Shown in pieces: positions 27,049 through 37,393 of a stretch of 64,000 bases of DNA. Source of the stretch: Thalia democratica (taxonomy: Eukaryota). Made by a program: the position numbers and the translations under genes. The notes under the pieces are model-generated. The model did not search any database and was not told the origin of the DNA. It worked only from the letters and a program-made list of their open reading frames with translations. The stretch's first letter is position 1. Every line of letters starts with the position of its first letter. Location of the stretch: positions 45,694,001 through 45,758,000 of the forward strand of contig OZ241827.1 of NCBI GenBank assembly GCA_965202585.1, written 5' to 3'.

Positions 27049-27908
27049 CAATAAAACATGTGTTAGTGTAATAAAGAAAGAATACTGTTTAATTTGTTAT
27101 CAATATATATTCCAGTGAGCTTGTTTCGCTCGGATCTTTGTTAACAAACACTTAAATTTATATTTTTGAACAATCATTTGTATAAACCTAATTTCAATAA
27201 ATCATTTAAACTGAAAACATATTATGTATCTTTCAAAATAAAATGTCTGAAACGCTCTTTAACTGTTATATGTTGTTATAAAAAAAAAAGATCAGATCAA
27301 AAAGGCAGTGGCAGAAAATATTTATTTGAACTAATACAATCTTTAAAAAAATATCTATACTTTTTTAATATTTTTTAAGATTACTTAACTAAATATTTTT
27401 TTAATAAACTTGATTTAAAATCATAGTGTAAGTAAAAAGTCAACAAATATAAAACACCAAAACCTATTATTTTTATAATTTTACTATATTAGCTAAACAC
27501 GTTTCTAAAACTATTTACTTAGAATAAAGGCTTGATCTTTGCACGATGTTTACTTTTTTTAATGTATATAAATTATTTGTATAAAACTTTCATACATTTT
27601 TTTTAAATCAATATAAAAATATACATAGTTTCACACAAAAAGTAATACAATACTGTAAAGCTAATAAAAGTTTAACAAGCTTTATAAATAGGTAGTTTAC
27701 CAATAATCAGTTTTATGTTCAAGTTAATTCACAAGGTTTCAACATTAATTCTAATTTCATAGTACTCTAAAACAGCAAATTTTTCCTACACTTCAAATAC
27801 CTAGCTTAAATGCAGCAGCTACATAGATTTTTCAGAAACAAAATTTTATACAGCAAAGAAAGTTCTTATAAAAGTTTGAAAAAATTTGAAAATATCAAAT
27901 ATAAATAC

Positions 27909-29381
27909 TTAAGCATCACCACTATTAGTTAATTTTTTGGAAACTGATATCATTTTATTAAGGTCTAAAATTTTTTCTCTGACTTTGCCATTTATTTTAC
28001 CTTTCTTAACCTCAAACTGATCTATTTTCTCCCATCCGCTCCAACTAATATGACTTATACTTTTACTTTCAAGTTTACTAGGTACAAGTTTTTCATCAAA
28101 GCAATTTCCTTTTAAATCAATAAGTCTAGGTAAATCTGATAAAACTTGATAAGCTATATCATGACCACTACTAGATGTGTCAGCAAGAACTCCAACAGGA
28201 CCACTGGTGCACCAGCCAGCAGCATATAATCCATGTTCTGCATTTATAACTCCTTTTGTGTGCACAAGGTTGTCTTTAGAGTATGTTAGTAGCGGAGATG
28301 ATATCTTGTTTGAGTTATACCCAATGCAAGATACAACTAGATCACACTTGATATCAATAAAATCGTCAGACACTTCAAAGTAAGGATTATATGGGTCATC
28401 TGTCTCTACTATTATAATTTTTTGAAACTTTACAGAAGTAGCTTTAAAACCATCATCACTAAGAACTTCAACAGGCCTTAACAGTAAATTTATATTAAAT
28501 TGTTTTCCTACATTAGTTGATGTACTTTTCTGGGTAAAATCTTTAGAAACAGACACAAGGTATTTTATTAATCGTTGAATTTTTCTTTTTGATAAATTTC
28601 GTTTCTTTACAGCACTAAGAATGTTTGAGGAAAAACATGACATATCTACTAATGTTTCAACATTATTTAAATTACAAATTTCAGACAATTCCTTACGAGT
28701 ACAAGCCATTTGCAATGGACCCCTTCTACCAACAACATGAACATTTGAAATGGTGGAATCTTTTAAAATCTTAACTGCATCAGCAGATATATCTGAACTT
28801 TGTAAATCAGAAGTTGGTTTTAAAAGCATGCGTGCACAATCTAAAGCTACATTACCAATACCAATTATTACTGCACTTTTGCCTTTCAAATTAATTTCTA
28901 AATTTTGCTGCTCAGGGCAACCATTATACCAACCAACAAATTGATTAGATGTAAATACATTAGAATAGCTCTCGCCAGTAATACCCAGTTTTCTTTCGCC
29001 CTGAGCCCCATGACACAAAATAACTGCATGATAGTTTTTGCACAAATCTTCAACCTCAATATCTTTACCTATATTTACATTTCCAAGAAAATTAAAACGA
29101 CTATTACTAGCAGTTTTGGTGTAGTTGTTAATACTGTTTTTCACATCTTGGTGGTCAGGTGCTACTCCGTAACGCACCAACCCAAATGGAACAGGTAGTT
29201 TTTCAAACATATCTACTTGAACATCAGTGTTATTTTTAAGCAAAGTCTGACACACAGAAAAAGCTGCAGGACCACTTCCTACCACACATGCTTTTGGGCT
29301 AATATGAGAGTTTGTAGCAAAACCCCTTTGAAAAACACCTCCATAAATTTGCAATGGTTTTTTTGTGTGGTTGAGTAGCAT
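27909..29381 (-). CDS. FDXR: Mitochondrial NADPH:adrenodoxin (ferredoxin) reductase, intronless, 490 aa
   Basis: N-terminal presequence-like segment, VVGSGPA FAD motif, EKLPVPFGLVRYGVAPDH, NADP motif IIGIGNVALDCAR, VGRRGPLQ, C-terminal GKVREK. Confidence 0.95.
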   Translation of the reverse strand: MLLNHTKKPLQIYGGVFQRGFATNSHISPKACVVGSGPAAFSVCQTLLKNNTDVQVDMFEKLPVPFGLVRYGVAPDHQDVKNSINNYTKTASNSRFNFLGNVNIGKDIEVEDLCKNYHAVILCHGAQGERKLGITGESYSNVFTSNQFVGWYNGCPEQQNLEINLKGKSAVIIGIGNVALDCARMLLKPTSDLQSSDISADAVKILKDSTISNVHVVGRRGPLQMACTRKELSEICNLNNVETLVDMSCFSSNILSAVKKRNLSKRKIQRLIKYLVSVSKDFTQKSTSTNVGKQFNINLLLRPVEVLSDDGFKATSVKFQKIIIVETDDPYNPYFEVSDDFIDIKCDLVVSCIGYNSNKISSPLLTYSKDNLVHTKGVINAEHGLYAAGWCTSGPVGVLADTSSSGHDIAYQVLSDLPRLIDLKGNCFDEKLVPSKLESKSISHISWSGWEKIDQFEVKKGKINGKVREKILDLNKMISVSKKLTNSGDA

Positions 29382-29452
29382 ATTACAAATCTAAATGTAC
29401 TCTAAATGTAAATATAGTAAACCTAAAATACTTTAAAAAGCTTTAGTGAAAA

Positions 29453-29838
29453 TAGGGTTGCCACTCTTTGAGTCAAATAAACTGATTCCGAGAGACCTTA
29501 ACCTGTCGTGAGTCATCATGAGATTTTTTGAATTAAATTTTATTTTTGAACTAAATTTTTTTTTTAACTTTTAAAAATCAGTAAAAATTAGGTTCATAAC
29601 AAAATTGGTTACAAAATAACGAAGTTTGGAAACTAAAAATCATTTAAAATCTAAAAAACTGGCCTGAGACTTTCAGAAATTTCAAAACTAACCGGAAACT
29701 TAAAAAAAACATACTGGTTTGATTTGTTTTGAGTTTGAAAAGTATATATTATGAGTCATCCTGAGTTACACTAAGTCATCCTGAGTTTTCAAAAAATTCT
29801 AAAACATTCTTGCTTATTCTGTGTGTGCAGCAACCCTG
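29453..29838. mobile_element. hAT-like MITE with 6-bp TSD
   Basis: TIRs TAGGGTTGCC / AGCAACCCTG; flanks tgaaaa / tgaaaa; TCCTGAG subrepeats. Confidence 0.85.
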
Positions 29839-30063
29839 TGAAAAGTTTACAAAAGCAAATTTTAGTTTCCATGAAATGTACAATTATTATACTATTTTAA
29901 ATTATATAATTTTACATAACTTTATATTATTTATTATTTTATACTTTATATTATATATTTCTTATTGCTAAAAATTTGTCTAATGAAACGGAGTTTTGAT
30001 TTGCAAGCTTGTAAGTTAATGAAAATATTTTGACAGGGCTTGATGATGATCAAGAGTAGTTTT

Positions 30064-30425
30064 CAGGGTTGCCAAATGCTAAGGATACTCAGGATAACTC
30101 TAGATATTTTGAAGTTTTTGAAAATCTTAGTATGAGTCAGGGCAGCTCAGGATAACTCAATATATTTTAAACTTAGTTCTAAATTCAGGCTGACTCAGAA
30201 TAGTTTTGCTTTTGTTATAAAAACTCCGGATAATTTTAGGATATCTAAATTTATAGATTTTGAATGAGATTTAATTAAAATATTTTGTTATTCTATAACC
30301 AATTTTGTTGAAGAACTCTATTTATATTTATTTCAAATTGCTAAAACAAACTTTTTCAAAGGATTTGAAAAAAATCAGGATGACTATGGACAATTTTTTA
30401 TTTGACTCAAAGAGTAGCAACCCTG
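30064..30425. mobile_element. hAT-like MITE with 6-bp TSD (opposite orientation)
   Basis: TIRs CAGGGTTGCC / AGCAACCCTG; flanks agtttt / agttta; CTCAGGA subrepeats. Confidence 0.8.
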
Positions 30426-30654
30426 AGTTTAACACTAATATTTTCTAACTATTAAAATAAACCAAGACTTATTGAAATAAAAAAAACTTGGATTTTAAAG
30501 ATCTAGGAGAATGCATAATTAGAACTATATATTTAGTTCCTGTTGGGTGATTCTTTAAAAACATGAAATCTTAAAAACTGCAAAAGCTCCTTGGTCTCAT
30601 TAATTTTAACAATAAAATTTATGTAACCAAATATTTAATTTTCTATTCAATTAA

Positions 30655-31334
30655 GGGCATAGGGGGGGGTAAACACCCTTTTTTGGTTTTTGATCTTATT
30701 TTATATAGTTTTTACTAAGCTACAAGATGCTTTTAACAGATTTTAAAAATTCAAAATAATTTTTGAGATATAGCCGGTCAAAGTTGGAGGCAACAATAGG
30801 ATCCTTATGGGAGGCGCAAACTAAAATGGCAAATAACTAGAAATCACTAAAAATCTATCTCCTCCTACGTTTTTTGAGATAACTACCTCAAATTTTCAGG
30901 AAATGTTCCTTGCAGTATTTAGAAAATTCTGTCGGAACAGAATTTAAAAAAATTAAAAAATAAAAATTTTATAACAAAAAAACAAAAAAAAAACTGTTTT
31001 TTTTGTTTATTTTTTACATAAAATTTTTATTTTTTATTTTTTTCAAAATTCCTTCCGACAGAATTTTCTAAATATATCAAGGAACATTTCCTGAAAGTTT
31101 GAGGTAGTTATCTCAAAAAATGTAGGAGAAGATAGATTTTTAGTAAAATAGTCTATTTTTGCTGTTTTAGTTTGCGCCTCCCATAAGGAACCTATTGTTG
31201 GCTCCGACTTTGACCAGCTATATCTCAAAAATTATTTTGAATTTTTAAAATCTGTAAAAAGCATTTTGTAGCTTAGTAAAAACTATATAAGATAAGATTA
31301 AAAACCAAAAAAGGGTGTTTACCCCCCTATACCC
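30655..31334. mobile_element. Kolobok/T2-like fold-back MITE, near-complete palindrome
   Basis: TTAA|GGGCATAGGGG...CCCCTATACCC|TTAA; the arms pair over ~330 bp. Confidence 0.88.
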
Positions 31335-31373
31335 TTAATAATGAAATTCTTCAAGTTACTAAAATAAATTCAA

Positions 31374-31672
31374 CAGGGTTGCCACTCTTTGATTCAAAAA
31401 AAACTGTCCTGAGTGACTATCTTGAGTCATCCTGTAAGTTTTTTCAAATCCTTAAAAAAAATATTTAACTTTTTAAAATTAATAAAGTTCAAGTTCTAGA
31501 AGAAAATTGGTTGTAAAATAAGAAAATATTGTAACTAAATCAATTAAATATCAATTCAAAATCTAAAATAACTGTTCTGAGATTTTTTTAAATCTTAAAA
31601 CTAACCTGAGTCAGCCTGAGTTAAAAAAAATAGTTTAACTATCCTGAGAATCCTGAGTATGTGGCATTTCTG
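31374..31672. mobile_element. hAT-like MITE with 6-bp TSD
   Basis: CAGGGTTGCC / GGCATTTCTG; flanks attcaa / attcaa. Confidence 0.82.
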
Positions 31673-32028
31673 ATTCAACTACCAAAACTGATCATACTGT
31701 TCTTGGAATTAGTGCTCAACAGATCAGATTGAGGAAAACAAAAGTCATGGTTTACTGATTTTAATTATTTGTTAAGTGTTATTTGCAGGCTAATAATAAG
31801 TTACTTTGACAGTACAGACTAAATTATTCTAGGAAAATTCCTGACGATGACAATTAAAAAGACAGCTTTTAAAAACTGTAGGATAAAATTTACTACGGTC
31901 TCTTTTAGACTTTCAATATACTGGAGTGCACTATTTGTAAAAAAGCTTGTTAAGTTATTCTCATTTTAGAATATATTCAAAAGTGGCAAGCATGGTGAAG
32001 TTAAATGGAGCTAAGTAAATTACTCCAA

Positions 32029-32679
32029 GGCAATAAGGGGTAAGGGGACTTTTTTTATACGTTGAACTTATTTTCAAGATCTTTAACTTAGCTAGTAGTA
32101 GCTTTTTACTGTTTTGTAAAATTTAAAATAAACTTTGAAATATGATGGTACTAAGTCAGAAAGTTCAACAGGTTTCTTATGGAAGGACAAGCGTAAAAAG
32201 GTAAAAAAGACTATTTCATTATAAATATGTCTTCTCCTGCAGTTTTAAAGCTATAGTTCTGAATTTTTTTCAGTTTAATCTTCTTAGGTTAATAATAAAT
32301 AATGCTTTTGTAGGAATTTATTAATTTAAAGTAAAAACTTTTTTTTTCTAAACTTTTTTTTTATTATTTAAAATAAGATTTTTTATTAATGCAAGAAACG
32401 TTTCCTGACAAGTTGAGGTATATTGATTGAAAAATGAAGAACATAGGTTTTTATAGATTTTTCAAAACTCAGAAAATTCTTATAGATTTTTCAAAACTCA
32501 GAAAATTCTAAATTTCTCATTCTTAGTGTTGGTATCAGAAGTTTTTTACACAACTGACTATATCTCAAAAGTTAGTTAATCTTTTTACTCTGTAAAAACG
32601 ATCTCATAGTATACAATTTTAAATTATAGATAAAGACCAAATTTTTGTAAAAAAAATGCATGGACTCCTTCCTCTTGCC
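32029..32679. mobile_element. Kolobok/T2-like MITE, degenerate
   Basis: CCAA|GGCAATAAGGGG...CTTCCTCTTGCC|TTAA; internal similarity to the 30655 family. Confidence 0.6.
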
Positions 32680-33202
32680 TTAAATACATATCTCTCACTT
32701 AAATGTATAATTTTTCTATTTTTCAAATTTTAACATTTTAACTCAACTTTTATGGTAGTTTAAATTTTCAGCACCCTCTAAACAATCATCATACATTGAA
32801 ATTAGTATTGAGTTTAGAAAGGCAGACTTTGTTATTTTGAGCAAAGTATTGAACTTAACTTTTTTTACTTTTTTTTTAATTTTCATAGAATTATGATAAG
32901 ATAATACTTTTTTGAATTTAAGCAAATGTATTGTTGAAACTTTTTTTTTCAATTAAACTTAAAATACTTAAAATGATGAGTATTTTGTGTTCAGTAAACT
33001 AATTGCAATGTTAAGTTTATAATTTAATTCTCCTTTTAAAGAAAAATATCAGTTTAAAAATATAAAAATAAACCAAGCACTGGTAAACAATAGGAGTGAC
33101 TTTCTTGAGATAATCAAACGCAAACATACCAACATAAGACTCATATGGATACAAAAGTAAAAAATAGTACCTTCAAGATAAAAAATAGTAATAAAGCTAG
33201 TA

Positions 33203-33553
33203 CAGTTCTTCCTCACTTATCTGGTCCTTATTTATCCGGCCTGTTCAAATTTAGAAGTAGACTTTTTTAATTCAGCTAAAATTGATGCTTAACAATAAAA
33301 ACATATCTACATATAACAAAGGTTTGTTTCATTTATTTTTTGTCTGTTTTAATTTTTTGGTTTTATAAAGAAAGTTAAAATAAGTTAAATTAACAGCTAA
33401 TTAAGTGTACATTTCATTATATGCATTGCATAATAATAATGAGGTATGTTATTAAAATATAACATTTTGTTCTTATCCAGCCAAAGGCTAATCCGACCTT
33501 ATTCACAAAAAAAAAGGCTTTCCCAACATGGCCGGATAAGTAAGGATGCATTG
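33203..33553. mobile_element. pogo/Tigger-like (Tc1/mariner) MITE
   Basis: TA|CAGTTCTTCCTCACTTATC...CCGGATAAGTAAGGATGCATTG|TA. Confidence 0.7.
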
Positions 33554-33574
33554 TAACACTAAATATAGATGGAA

Positions 33575-35075
33575 ATAGTGTAGGGGTGTACTTAGGTGAT
33601 GTTTGCTGGACACATGCAGCATATGATTCGGATATGTTTAGGCTTCATTAAGAAGAATTTATAATAAAAAAAATATTTTGCAAAAACAAATTCTTCCACC
33701 CCAAAAATCTCATGTTTTTTATTTTTTGACTTAATTAGTAATTAAGTCATTTGTACATGTCCTAGACTTATAATTTATATTTTGAATGAAATGTTATAGT
33801 TATAGGCATACATTTGAAGACATTTCAACTGCTTTTGATATATTATGACGTCATAATTACACAGAATATTCAAATTTTTATATAAAATTGTACCTTTTTT
33901 CTAGTACAAAAAGCAAATTCTTCTGCTGGTTTTACTTTTAGTTTATTTGCTTTTGTTTCGAGTCAATTAACTAGAAAGATATAACTAATTCAATATCATT
34001 TCAATTGCATGTTGATATAGATATAAAAAACATTCTAAATCACTTTCAGTTATTAAATATTATAACTGTCGAGAAAACTTTAACAATAAACTAAACAACA
34101 ATTAATATCAATTCAATACCTAGTAAAGTGTAATTATACTATGTGTATAATATAGCTCTTAGCAAGGAATAAGCTTTCATATAGTATATAGATAAAATTC
34201 TATACCTTGCTAAGAGCTAAGTCTTGTAAATAGCATTCATCTAAAGTATATACAATAATAAACTGCTATGAGTTTAAAACTAAAAAGGATTTGATACAAA
34301 GCTTTTAAACTAGAGAACTGAAACATTTAAACAAACTTACAAATTAAGTTTTAATTAATATAAATGTAAAATACTTTAAAAACTTACATTAAATAGTAAT
34401 GTGAAAACAATAACATACTTAAATCTAATTTAAAAGTTAACTTAATATGAACAAATAATTATTGTTTAATTAAATAAAAACTCATTATATTTAAATAATG
34501 AAAATACATTAATTTTGCTGTAGAAGTCTAATTATTTTACACTTAGTCAGGTGCTCTCAACAATCAAAATATTTAATAACTGAAAGTGATTTAGAATGTA
34601 TTTAATATCTATATCAACATACAATTAAACATTACATTAGTAATATATTTCTGGTTAACTGACTCATTACACTTGACATTAAAAATCAAAGAAACTAAAA
34701 GTAAAACAGCAGAAGAAATTGCTTTTTAGATTAGAAAAAAGTACAAATTTAACAAAAAAATTGAATAATTTGTGTGATTATGGCGCTATAATATACCAAA
34801 AGCAGTTAAAATGTTTTCAGATGTATATAATTATAAGCTTTCATTTAAGATATAAATTATAAGTCTAGGACATGTACAAGTGACTTTATTACTATTAAAG
34901 TCAAAAAATACATAAACATGTGATTTTTGGCGTGCAAGATTTTTTTTTTGCAAAATTTAAAAAAAAAATTACAAATTCTTCTTAAGAAAGCCAAAAAACA
35001 CCAAAATCATATGTTTGAAAAAGAATTTTAAATTAGTACCAAAAAAATGTGCTGTTCTCCCTACCCCTACCCTAA
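33575..35075. mobile_element. ~1.5-kb fold-back element with long inverted arms
   Basis: 33660-33830 and 34820-34990 are inverted copies (e.g. TACATGTCCTAGACTTATAATTTATA / TATAAATTATAAGTCTAGGACATGTA). Termini GTAGGGG / CCCCTAC. A related end lies at ~38712. Confidence 0.6.
34120..34500 (+). repeat. Dispersed ~380-bp repeat with internal hairpin; second copy 62755-63130
   Basis: The two copies align (e.g. AACTGCTA.GAGTTTAAAACTAAAAAGGATTT.ATACA). 15-bp perfect stem at 34153-34167 / 34205-34219. Confidence 0.8.
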
Positions 35076-35581
35076 TAGTGTTTGGTGCTTTTTGTGAGAT
35101 TACACAGGGTGGACTTTTGCTTTATAGAAGTTTGTACTAGTTCTTCTTAAGTACAAGTTATCATGTTTGTTTTTAGTAGAAAATTTCTGAAAATATTCTA
35201 AGGCCAGCTTTTTTTCTAGATTTGTAATATATTTAATTGATTTAGTTTCAATATTTTGATATTTTATAACCTATTTTGTTGAACAACTAGATTATTATTG
35301 ATTTTGAAACTTTTTTTTATTTTTTTAAGGATTAAAAAAAATCAAGATAACTCAGGACAGTTTTTTTGACTCAAAAAAAAGTGGCAACACTGAGTAACAA
35401 AAAATATTTTAGAACTAGTAGATTTAAGCAAGCTTAATTTATAATTGCAGGGCTTTGAAAATAAATCTACATTTGACTGAGATTGCAATAGACTAGGAAT
35501 AAAGCTTTTTTTTTTAATTTTGCTTTGAAAGACTAACAACTGGAAAAGGGAAAAAAATAATTTATTATAAATTGATAGCTA

Positions 35582-35687
35582 TAAACAATGAACTTCACAA
35601 GACCAACAACAACAGCATCCAAGACATCCTACAACCGGTTTCGTCCTTATTATCAGGCAGGCATAGTCGCAAGAAACTGCTGTTGAT
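35582..35687 (-). mobile_element. 106-bp hammerhead-remnant retro-insertion with 12-bp TSD
   Basis: Flanked by aattgatagcta (35570-81 and 35688-99). The minus strand reads CCTGC-CTGA[del]TAATAAGGAC-GAAAC-CG-GTT-GTAGG. Confidence 0.7.
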
Positions 35688-35788
35688 AATTGATAGCTAG
35701 AAAGCAAATATTCTAGCCTATTTAGAGCTTCAAATAAAATTGAAAAGTTATGTCTACAACACCAGTTTTAAAAATTAATGCAAATTAA

Positions 35789-36658
35789 GGGCATAGGGGC
35801 AAACTCTTAAATTTATAATTTTTTATTGTAGATAGTTGTTACTTCTCATCTAATCTAAATTTGATTATTTTACATGCAAAAAATTACTCAGATTTCCTAG
35901 TTCCTAGTTATTTAAATTAATAAAACTAAAAATTAATATTACTAAAAAATATATGATAGGGTACAAAGTCAGAGAGTTTGATATGATCTTTTTGTAACCA
36001 ACAAAATAAAAAGGAAAACAGACTAGTTAATTGAAAATTTATCATCTTCTGCAATTTTTAAGCAATATTATTTTAATTAGTTACAAGTTGCTTTTTACAG
36101 ATTTTTCAAATTCAAAATAAGTTTAGAGACATAGCTAGTCAAGTCAAAGACTATAACAGGTTTCTTATGGAAAGCTAAAACTGCAAATAACTATAAAAAA
36201 TCACTTAAAATATATCTCTTCATATGTTTTTTGAGATAATACCTAAAACTTTCAGGAAGTGTTCCTTGCAATATTTAGAAAATTCTGTCTTAACATAATT
36301 AAAAAATAATTAAATTTAAATTTTAAGACAAAAATACTAAAAAATTATTGTTTATTTTTATTATATATATTTTTTTAATTTGTTACAACGGAATTTTCTA
36401 AATATTGCAGGGAACACTTTCTAAAAGTTTGTGGTAATAATCTCAAAAAATTTATGAGGTAGATTTTTAGTATTTTCTAGGTATTTGTTATTTTAGTTTG
36501 CGCCTTCAATAAGAACCTATTGTGGTCTCCAACTTTGACTGGCTATATCTCAAAATTTGTTTTGAATTGAAAATATTTGTTAATAACAACTTTTTGCTTA
36601 ATTAAAAGTTAATTAAATAACATCAAATTATGAAAAGTGATTTACCCCCACTATGCCC
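35789..36658. mobile_element. Kolobok/T2-like MITE
   Basis: TTAA|GGGCATAGGGG...CCCCACTATGCCC|TTAA; internal palindromic arms. Confidence 0.85.
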
Positions 36659-37003
36659 TTAATTTGACAGGGTTTTGCTGAAATCAAAGTTTGATTTATT
36701 AAAAAATAGAATACCAATTATAAAAGAAAAACCATAAAAATATATTTTAACATATTTCAATTTTTTGTTAAATGTAACAATAGTATTTTTCCTTATCAAA
36801 CAAAAAACATTTCTTGAAAATTTAACATCAATAGTTCAAAAAATAAAGAAAAAGATATTTTTTTTGTAAATTTTTTAATTTCTGAAAAAATTGACCATGA
36901 AAAATTTGCTATACATATGTTTGTATTGTTTTTTTTTATGACTATATCTCAAAAATAATCTTATTTTTTTACAAAAAGTGACTTATAGTTTATTGTTTTA
37001 TAA

Positions 37004-37393
37004 GAGAATTGCCATTCTTTGAGCCAAAAATACTGTTCTGAGTGACCAAAAACTGTCCTGAGTCATCGGGAGTTTACTGAAATCTTTAAGTTTTTTTTTT
37101 CAAAACTAATAAAATTCAGGTTCTTCAACATAATTTGTTATAATAAAATAACATTATGTTGAAACTAAACCAAAAAATTTCATTCACAATCTCAAAAAAA
37201 ATTGTCCTAAATAATTTTTTTGTAAACCTAAAACTATCCTGAGTTTTTAGAGCTTAGTTTCCAGAGTCAGCCTGAGTTTTAAAATAAAATTCAAAATCAC
37301 CTGAATTATCCTGAGCTGTCCTGAGTCATCCTGAGATTAAAAAATCTTTAGAATATCCTGACTCCTCAGTGTCCTGAGTTTTTGGCAACCTTG
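37004..37393. mobile_element. CAGGGTTGCC-family MITE, degenerate
   Basis: GAGAATTGCCATTCTTTGAG...GGCAACCTTG with many TCCTGAG subrepeats; TSD not recognisable. Confidence 0.7.

Noticed and set aside
24854-29198. Plus-strand ORFs in the track (24854, 25094, 25278, 25613, 28177, 28750, 28905; likewise 59458, 50683, 4391, 4913)
   Set aside because: Antisense shadows of real CDSs with no recognisable domains.
31840-31870. CTGACGA possible hammerhead
   Set aside because: Stem II is mismatched and the GAAAC element is absent.
35588-35686. Apparent first coding exon MNFTRPTTTASK...
   Set aside because: It lies inside the TSD-flanked HHR insertion, has no good donor and no downstream exons were found.
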